The notes beneath the pieces were generated by a model. The model made no database searches. It had not been told where the DNA came from and saw only the letters and a list, made by a program, of their open reading frames with translations. A program made the position numbers and the translations under genes. Below are positions 54,786 through 64,000 of a DNA stretch of 64,000 nucleotides, one piece after another. The stretch comes from Octopus sinensis (taxonomy: Eukaryota). The DNA lies in NCBI RefSeq assembly GCF_006345805.1, contig NC_043009.1, positions 43,524,001 through 43,588,000 on the forward strand. The letters run 5' to 3'. Position 1 is the first letter of the stretch. Every line of letters starts with the position of its first letter.

Positions 54786-55644
54786 CCCTTTCTTTCCTTC
54801 CCTGAGCGTCTTATTAATGCTTCGCATGTACCACGTCCTTGCGTTGTTGTCTTTTCTTGTCTTCTATCCCCGATTTATATACACATGTACATATGTGTGT
54901 GTGTGTGCACACCGTATATATCCTGTCACAGATACATTTTTTTCTTTTTTCGTGTGTGTATGTATGAGCTCTCAGACATACAAAGGTAAGCACAGCTAGA
55001 ACAGAAGCAGAAATTGTAGTGAAACTATAGAGACACTTATATCCATATATAGTTATATTCATAAACATGTACGTGTATGAATGTACAAACACGACTCATA
55101 CATATATATATATAAATATATACATATACATATAGCTTTTTTTAATACTGTCATGTTGTCAGCATTGAGCAAGGATGGGCATATAAGGCCGTGTCCAACA
55201 GTGACATCTCCAGAAAACAAAAGCTTCTGGCAGGAGTGGTGAGAGCCACCGTATTCTCTCGTCTTATTTTCCCCTTTTCCTCCTTTTCTCTTTACTTTAA
55301 TTTCTTTATGTTGTTTTCCTTGACTGTTCAAGGCTGTGTATCAACTCGGCCACCCACCCACCCACTCACATTAAACCTGACATCTTTTAAATTTCAGGTT
55401 TTATTATCGATATAACCAAATAGAATAGAATTTTATTAGGGCTCGTGCGCTGAATAGCTGATATCAAATGCTGTTGTATTCGGTTTTACTGATCGTCTGC
55501 CTGTAGGACGCCTTCCACATCACACCTCAATTTCTTTGTGTGTCTGTATGTGTACAATTATTGTTTCTATTCTTTTATTTGTGTTGATCATTGGACTGCG
55601 GCCATGTTGGAGCAACGCCAACCGACCCCTATAGTTCTTTTCTT

Positions 55645-56060
55645 GGATCGTTTCGGTTTGAACGGCAGTTTTTAACATAATTTCTAGGTAACTAAAAAAT
55701 TTTAAACTTCGTATACGAGTAGAATGTGTTTATAAAACATCTTTTTCTCTTGGCTTTATTGAGAAAATTCTATGGTTTGTAAGATATTTGTTGTTTTTTC
55801 CTTCAATTTCTGCAATTTCAACCAATCACTGACGCCCATTGAGGTAAAAAACATTCTGTGCCCTATGAATATGTCCTTCGTTTAAGAAACAGATAGGGTT
55901 TATTTACATTTGTGAAGAAAAAAAGATACCCTTCCCCCCACCCCTAACCCTAACCCTAAAATAGATTGAAATGCAATAGATCGATACTAGGGTCATAATT
56001 ATGGGTGACAATTTCATATGACACCGCTAGAAAAAACTGCCGTTCAAACCGAAAAGATCC
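55645..56060. mobile_element. hAT-type MITE with 8-bp TSD and internal (CCCTAA)n, inserted in a family-B SINE
   Basis: ~29-bp TIRs ggatc(g/t)tttcggtttgaacggcagttttt with one mismatch; TSD cttttctt at 55637-44 and 56061-68. Confidence 0.8.
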
Positions 56061-57774
56061 CTTTTCTTTTTTTTCTTATTCTTTGTTCTATCGTTCTTTA
56101 TTTTTTTTTTTGCCGAATCGCTGAGTTACGGGGACGTAAATAAGCCATCACTAGTTGTCATGTGATGGGGGGGAATAAACCCAAAGACACGTACGCCACA
56201 TTCATTTATATCAAATTAGGAGTGTGTGTGTGTGTGTGACGAGCTTCAACACAGTTTCCGCCAACCAAATTTACCCGCGGTTAAAGAACACGCTTGATCA
56301 GGTTACCGCACGGTGGACTGAAACCGAAACCACGTGCTTTCAAAACGGACCTCTGAACCACACAGCCATAGTAACGGTCAAAGCCTTAATATCTTTTTTC
56401 AATCAATGGTTCTGGAACTCAACAAGTGTGCAGGCCAACAAGGTGGCTTGCTACGCAATTGCTAGAAATAACAGAGAAGAGTGTCTTATTGAATGTAGTC
56501 TTATATAAAGGACGGATCTTGTTAAATTTCTTCTAACCACTTGAAGTGTTTCAAATCATCAGGTTATTTTCAAAACATTGTGTATGCTGATGACAGAAAT
56601 CGCACCCATTTTTTTTTCTAGAAAGTAGTAATAAATTATAATAATAAATATTAATTAATAATTAATAATAATACATCAGTGTTGAAAATTTGAAAATGGG
56701 GAAATTTTGAAAGACTTAAAAACTGGTTGAAGGAAATTTAACAAGATTCCGACAGACACAATATACTGGGAAAAATAATTCCTTCAGATGAGCCAAAGTG
56801 ATGACAATGGATCTTCGTCGCTTGACGACGAGGATTAAACTGTTCTATCAATTGAATTACCTGTTTCTGAGTAAGTGGTTGAGTATTCGTGAGTTATCCT
56901 AAAATCCATACCACTGGATTGGATGGATTAGCCAAATTTTGAATAATAGAACCCAAAACTAAAAATTTGATTAGTTTTCAGGGCATGTCATCGAAAAGGT
57001 CGTGAATGGTGACAAAAGAACTTAGAAAACATAACTGATTCATTGAATAACCGAATGATTAATCAATCGAGCAGTTAATTGGTTAAATAGTTAGCCTATT
57101 GACAAATAGCAAAGTAGTGAAATCGAATCAGTGCGTGTGTTTATTATTGGCATAATGACCCTCTCGAAATACAACGAAATTTAATAAAATAAATGAAATT
57201 ACAGCTCATTAAAAATTATTCGTACTCCTATTTCCACATGTGAAAACCTACGTTGATCAATGTCCAACAAAAGACCACACCATGTCCATCACTGTCACAA
57301 TGCAAAACTTAACAAAAACGATCAGATATTCCTCTTAAGCATGCGAATTAAATGTTTTAAATTAGTTCTTAATTTATTGTAATTAACGCTCGCTCTTTGT
57401 GCGCATGTCGCTAACGAATGTCATTCGGTACGCGTATACGAAAATAAAATTAGAAAAAAATTTTTTTTTAAGTATCTTGATTTATTAAATGGTCGTTCGG
57501 TGCTTATTCTTAATTTCTGCCGCATTATAAGCTGACGAAAGATAATTCTCCGCGGGGACAGGGAAGAACTGTGCTATAATGGCATTGCATCAAACATATA
57601 TTTTGCCCTTATACACAATTCGGCTAGATGATAGCTTGAGGTATCAGAAAAGCTCAGCATCCACTGGAGCAAATCAGCAGCTTTCAACAGAACATCCCCA
57701 TCGTTTCATCAAAACCAACTCTGTAGTCTGATGTAAGAACTATCACACACACGAACAAATACACACATATGTTA

Positions 57775-57844
<70 letters not shown>

Positions 57845-58142
57845 AACAATAAGTACAGATTAGTGCCCCACCCATTTAGCTACTGCATAACTTTTTGAAA
57901 AATGGGTATCTTTTAATGAAGTTTTGCAGAGATACGTTTTTCAGGGTGTACGTTGGAATTACAATGGATAACAATGTTTTTCTAATGTTATGAAGATAAT
58001 CGTATCTTCATATTCAAAAATGTATATCTGCAAAGTTTCGTTAAAAACATATTCTTCCTTCAGAAGTTGCGAGGAGAAACAACGAAATCGGGGGACAGCA
58101 CACACCAATCTGTATATATATATATCGTGTTATATATATATA

Positions 58143-58256
<114 letters not shown>

Positions 58257-58474
58257 ATATATATATATATAGAATATATGAGGGAGAGAGAGATACATAC
58301 ATACATACATACCTACATATGTATGTATGTATGTATGTATATATATATCTATTCCTATGGAAACGTGAAATTATTGAGAAGCGAATGATTTAAATAAGTT
58401 GGTTTTATATAGACTTACGAACAGCACATTATATTCACTTACTGCCTGTCTCTTCCCCACACCCCTTCTGTTGG

Positions 58475-58508
<34 letters not shown>

Positions 58509-58635
58509 ATATTTATACAACACACACATACATTCATTCACTATACACATCTGTGAATATAAGATGCATAATTTTAAGTCTACGTGGATGTATCATGCTA
58601 CGAATATACATAATATAATAATATATATATATATA

Positions 58636-58680
<45 letters not shown>

Positions 58681-59144
58681 TCTACATACATAGACGTACC
58701 ACGTATGTATAAACGTGTATGAAGAAAGAGATACGTTATTCAAATGTGATTATGTATTACATGACTCATAATTGAGAAATTAGATAAGCCTCCAGTTTTA
58801 TAAGTTCAGTATAAGCGCGTGTGCGTACCTACACACACACACATAAATATCTGTGTGTGTGTGCAGAGAGCGAGAGTGAGAGAGGGAGAGCGTGGTTTTC
58901 TGTGAATGGATATGTTTTATATCACTCGCTTTATTTTTAAAGATATTCTTCGCTTCAGCCAGAGCAGAAATAAGTTTTTTTTTTAGAAGAACAGTCAAAG
59001 AATTATATCGGTTTTTTTTTTGCGAAGATAGTTCCTTCTGTCCCGTCCCTCTGTCTCTCTCTCTCTCTCTCTTCTTTTCCTTTACATACAAACTTCACCT
59101 CTCTCACCTTCACACATTCAAACTTCATCTCTCTATCACTCACC

Positions 59145-59196
<52 letters not shown>

Positions 59197-59629
59197 CTCT
59201 CTCCTCTCTCACTCTCTGTTTCTTTCTCTTTGAATCTTCAACAACCATTAAGCGAAGCTTCTCACTTTCAAATTTGGAATTACTTAATTTACAACACATC
59301 TGCTCATTTCTGAAACAAATTATAATTAATTAATTTAATAATAATAATCATCATCATCATTATTAATATTATTTCTATCATCATTATTAGAATTACTATT
59401 TCAAAATATATCAACGGAACCGAGTCATATTCCTATCTTAAAGCAACTTTCACAGATTTGAAATGAAAGGAAACGAAATATAAACACACACAAACATCAT
59501 CAACATCATCATCATGATCACCATCGTTTAACGTCTGCTTTCCATGCTGGCATGGGTTGGACGGTTTGATTGAGGACTGACAAGCCGGGAGGCTGCACCA
59601 GTCTCACATATATGTCCATACACTATATA

Positions 59630-59678
<49 letters not shown>

Positions 59679-59758
59679 CATACATACACACACACATATA
59701 CATATAGCTTAATTAATATATACTTATATATCATACATAGATATATACCTACATATAT

Positions 59759-59789
<31 letters not shown>

Positions 59790-59838
59790 TATATATATAA
59801 TACATACAAACACTACATATAGCGCGTGTGTGTGCATA

Positions 59839-59872
<34 letters not shown>

Positions 59873-60958
59873 TCATCCTCTCGGGGTCGATAAATAAAGT
59901 ACCAGTTTCGCACTGGGTCGATGTAATCAACTTAATCCCTTTCTCTCTCCCTGTTTGTCCTCTCTATATTTAGCCCCTTGTGGCTAGTAAAGAAATATAT
60001 ATATATGTGTGTGTTAAACATTAACAAAATATTTGATTAAAAATAAAAATTTATTTTGAAAGGGTTTAGTGAAATTCATCAATGTACCCGAGTTAGTTTT
60101 AGGGTGGACGGGTGGGTGTTCATAAATGAGTATAAAAAACGAAACAAACAAACAAACAAAAAAAAAAGCTCAATAGGAATCTGTTCCAAAAGTTAGAAAA
60201 CAAAAATTTGAAACTTTATACATACATACTCGTGTACATATATATATATATATATATATAATTATTATCTTGATTAATATTACAAATATCTCAACGGGTA
60301 TAGTAGGCCGTACATGATGTAACCCACCCAGCCACCATCACTATCGGCACCACCACCACCACCATTACCATTACCACTAGCATCATCATCATCGTCATCT
60401 CTTACTGCTGCGCCTCTGAAAGAAAACGGTAGCTTCTTTCGAGTGTAAATAAGAACTTAACAACAAAGATTTGTTTTGGGGAAAGGTTCATCTAACGTTC
60501 TCGGTAAGAGTTCTTCTTACATTTGGTGCCAAAATGACTGAAAGTGGCAGACAGACAAACAGATTCTTTAGAACAACAGGAATTAAGTTTTGATGCTGTT
60601 GTTGTCGTTGTTGTTGCTGTTTAGTTCCGATCGAGCGGTGCCATGACTAAAAGCAGGTCTAACTGTGATATCCTGTCTCTGAGTTTGTGTTTTTTTGCCG
60701 AAGATTATATGCCTTCCTGCCTTAAGACAACAAGTGCAGTGGTTCTCAACATGGAGCCATATGACCACTGGAGGAGGGGGTCATATAAGATATTTGGGTA
60801 TTCACGTAACAAGATAGTAATTTAGGGGATCCACAACATTATTTTAAGGTCCCCCCTTTTCCTTGAAAATTCTTGCTTTAGATGTATGTATTGGTATTTA
60901 TAGCAGGAAATAGCTAGGTTTCTTTCTCTGACGCTTTGCATACATAGTTCAACTTACA

Positions 60959-61228
60959 GGTACTATTTAAGAAGAGTGGTCCCAGTGCGCGCATTCGTGT
61001 ACTCGCGCATCCGCTCTAGCTAGTCGTGACTAGTCGACCCTTACTTTGTGCTTTTGTGTTTTATTTACTTTGTTTTAAAAAATTATTTACTTTGTGTAAA
61101 AAAAATTTATTTTGTATTTTTGTGTTTTATGTACTTGGCTAGGTAGTCGTTGCAGGATCGACTAGTCACGACTAGCTAGCGCGGATGCGCGAGTGCGTGC
61201 ACCGGGACCACTCTTCTTAAATAGTACC
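60959..61228. mobile_element. Mutator-like MITE with long GC-rich TIRs and 9-bp TSD
   Basis: ~70-80-bp TIRs starting ggtactatttaagaagagtggtccc; flanks caacttaca / caacctaca (1 mismatch); AT-rich interior. Confidence 0.8.
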
Positions 61229-61528
61229 CAACCTACACAAGTTAATGCGTGATAAACAAAATAGGAATATCGAAAGAAGGGTTCTATAAAATTAGTTTTT
61301 AAAAATCGAATGGCTATGGTGGGGGGGGGAGGCACCAGAATAAAATAATAACCAAAGGGGTCTATAGATAAAAAGTGGATGAGAACCCCTACTACAGTGT
61401 GTGATTTGAGGGAAGTTGGACCGTTATCCTGTGCCCACGTAGAGTCCTTGTCGATAGCAGTTTGAGTTGAAGCTGAAGCTACTAAATTCAGTATCTCAAT
61501 CACTTAGTCAATAAACATGGTACAGAAA

Positions 61529-61929
61529 GGCGGCGAGCTGGCAGAAACGTTAGCACGTCGGGCGAAATGCGTAGCCGTATTTCGTCTGCCGTTACGTTCT
61601 GAGTTCAAATCCCGCCGAGGTCGACTTTGCTTTTCGTCCTTTCGGGGTCGATAAATTAAGTACCAGTTACGCACTGGGGGTCGATGTAATCGACTTAATC
61701 CGTTTGTCTGTCCTTGTTTGTCCTCTCTGTGTTTAGCCCCTTGTGGGTAGTAAAGAAATAGGTATTTCGTCTGCCGTTACGATCTGAGTTCAAATTCCGT
61801 CAAGGTCGACTTTGCCTTTCGATCCTTTTGGGGTCGATAAATTAAGTACCAGTTGCGTACTGGAGTTGATCTAATCGACTGGCCCCCTCCCCCAAAATTT
61901 CGTGCCTTGTTCGTAGATTAGAAAATAAT
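61529..61929 (+). mobile_element. Family A SINE dimer: full A2 copy (61529-61760) fused to a head-truncated A1 copy
   Basis: Head ggcggcgagctggcagaaacgttagc...gagttcaaatcc; central gtcgactttgcctttcatcctttcggggtcgataaattaagtaccag, which resembles the Meta domain from memory. Confidence 0.8.
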
Positions 61930-62273
61930 CAATTAACGTAGAACAGAGGTCGAAGACATCCTATTGAATCTGCTTTATCGAAAAGACATATTAAGCCTTT
62001 GCCAGTCGAAAGTATTTCCATAAAAATTTGTCATAAACTTTCATGGTTGTTTTCAGAACTTTAGTTAATCAGTGTATAATACTTTTTAAAATATTTTTAT
62101 TCTTTCAATTGTTTTTATGATAGGTGCCTGCTTGATCAGAACCCGGGATTAAACAACGACCGCTGAAAGATAAAAAAAAAAACCCCAAAAAACAAAACAA
62201 ACAAAAACAAGGCAAGTGGAACTGTAAGAGGTTTGAACTCGGAGCAAAGCATTTTGTTCAACACTATAATGTG

Positions 62274-62304
<31 letters not shown>

Positions 62305-62709
62305 TGTGTGTGTGTTGGACTGTAGCTATGCTGGAGCACAGCTTTTGAAGGGTTTTAGCCAAAGAAATTGAACTCAGTATTTTTTAATGAAACAGGGTAC
62401 TTATTCTATTAGTCTCTTTTGCTGAAACGCAAGGTTACGGGACATAAACAAAACCAACACTGGTTGCCAAGCGGTGTGTTTGTGTGTGCTTGTGTGTGTG
62501 TGTGTGTGTATGGGGGAGGGTACAATGACCCCCCCACACACACACACACCATAAGGTTTTCGCCTACCAAATTCACTCACAGGGCATTGGTCCAGCCCGA
62601 AGCACACCGGGTGACACGCAGTAGTACTCGAAGGCGAAACCATGTGATTTGCATAGAAGGAAATCCGTGAGACAAGTATCTCGAAAAATAATTTAAAAAA
62701 ATTATATAA

Positions 62710-62749
<40 letters not shown>

Positions 62750-63624
62750 TGATGGGGGTGGAGGGAAGAATAAGAACGAAGAGGATAGAGAGAAGAGAAG
62801 AGACAAGAGAATGACCACGGAAGCGGAGTATTCCGATCAAGCGGACATCCCATGCATGACCATCCCACCTTATTTTCAGACATAATATATCTTAGGGCTA
62901 CATTATTCTCTCTATGTGTAATTCAGGTAGGGTGGGTTTTTAAAAGTGATTAGGCTATAGTTTGTAGCATGTCAACCGAACACATAGACCTACATTGCTT
63001 TGTGTCATGTTGGTGGTAGAAAGTTCTTAAATCGGGGAGACTACAAACCTCCAATTTTGTATCTGTAGGTAACGGGTTCAAATCTTGGACGGAGACGGGT
63101 TTTTCTCTCTTAAATTTCCTAAGTCAACGATAAAACGGATACCAGTAATATATTTAAGTTGTATTCAAACACCTTTGCATAAATCACCCCGCTACACTCC
63201 ATCCCAACTCTTTTCCCGTCCACACCATACAACTGGGCCTTTTGTTTTAATTAAAAATACCTATACGTTAGAACGCGCACCTTGTCTGTCGTGCGGCCGA
63301 TAACCAGCACACAAGCTGCCAAGGACCAGTTGGATTAGAGCAGACCAAAGGATTTACATCATCATCATCATCATCAACAACAGCAACAAAACCGAGTCGA
63401 CGAAGGTGACTTTACGTGGTCGTTCGATCGCAGAATCGAAACAGCAGCCAACGGGCCTTCAAACCACACCTGAACGTTAAATACACACGAAAACACGCAC
63501 ATTTAGATATATACAATATTTTTAATCAGCTTTCTGGGTTCTTAGGTATTATTCTTCCCATGTCCATTCGGACCCGGAATAAACACCTGTCAGGGTCCCA
63601 GTCACGGGTTATCGAGCGTATGTA

Positions 63625-63838
63625 ATAATAATAATAATAATCCACTTGAATACGGAGGACGCAGAAAAACCACCGGCAGTGAGGGACCCCTAGCTGTTGT
63701 CAAAACATTCTTCAAGGAAAAGAGCACTCTGATGCAAAACCCGAGGTTCCATGTGATTACTGGTCATCTCGCTTCTGCCTGTCACCAGGAGCTTGTTATA
63801 ATCACGAAGACCCGGAGCGTGGTACTCGTGTTGTGGAA
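63625..63838 (-). mobile_element. Possible LINE 3' end with (ATT)n tail
   Basis: Ends ccgtattcaagtggattattattatt; short ORF remnant ...PRVLHQSALFLEECFDNS. Clade not determinable. Confidence 0.3.
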
Positions 63839-64000
63839 GCACTCCGTCGGTTACGACGACGAGGGTTCCGGTTGATCCGATCAACGGAACAGCCTGCTCG
63901 TGAAATTAACGTGTAAGTGGCTGAGCACTCCACAGACACGTATACCCTTAACGTAGTTCTCGGGGGATATTCAGCGTGACGCAGAGAGTGACAAGGCCGG
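63839..64000 (-). mobile_element. Family C SINE 3' end, truncated by the window edge
   Basis: Reverse complement of 43025-43163. Confidence 0.85.

Noticed and set aside
56545-56605. Two CTGATGA...GAAA motifs on opposite strands
   Set aside because: Only 2-3 nt lie between the core halves, so stem II cannot form.
60270-60420. Possible minus-strand exon (ttttctttcag acceptor; DDDDDDASGNGNGGGGG)
   Set aside because: Mostly trinucleotide microsatellite, no convincing donor or SoxD-like residues.

Overview
AT-rich, microsatellite-dense animal genomic DNA. The SINE content looks octopus/cephalopod-like, but this is inference and no search was run. The only supported protein-coding gene is a minus-strand SoxD (Sox5/6/13-group) HMG-box transcription factor. 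Six exons join in frame with canonical GT-AG sites (14820-14135, 13194-12990, 12003-11833, 11318-11213, 11011-10878, 6495-6254; 1544 nt, about 513 aa to TAG). A seventh candidate upstream or alternative exon at 40311-40042 is phase-compatible. No SoxD coiled-coil exon was recognised in the window. The rest is intronic or intergenic: several tRNA-headed SINE families, a CR1-like LINE 3' end, an internally deleted Tc1 element, hAT-, Mutator- and mariner-type MITEs, and many simple repeats. The most unusual hand-read signal is a set of hammerhead-ribozyme (HHR) motifs in small Penelope-like inverted-repeat elements of at least two families. Both copies with an intact core are antisense to SoxD, while the sense copies are mutated or locked in a hairpin. 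Also notable are several near-perfect foldback hairpins, a SINE with a five-fold internal 156-bp amplification, and a diverged ~60-bp tandem array that keeps an E-box in 7 of 8 units. All coordinates were counted by hand; repeat boundaries are approximate.
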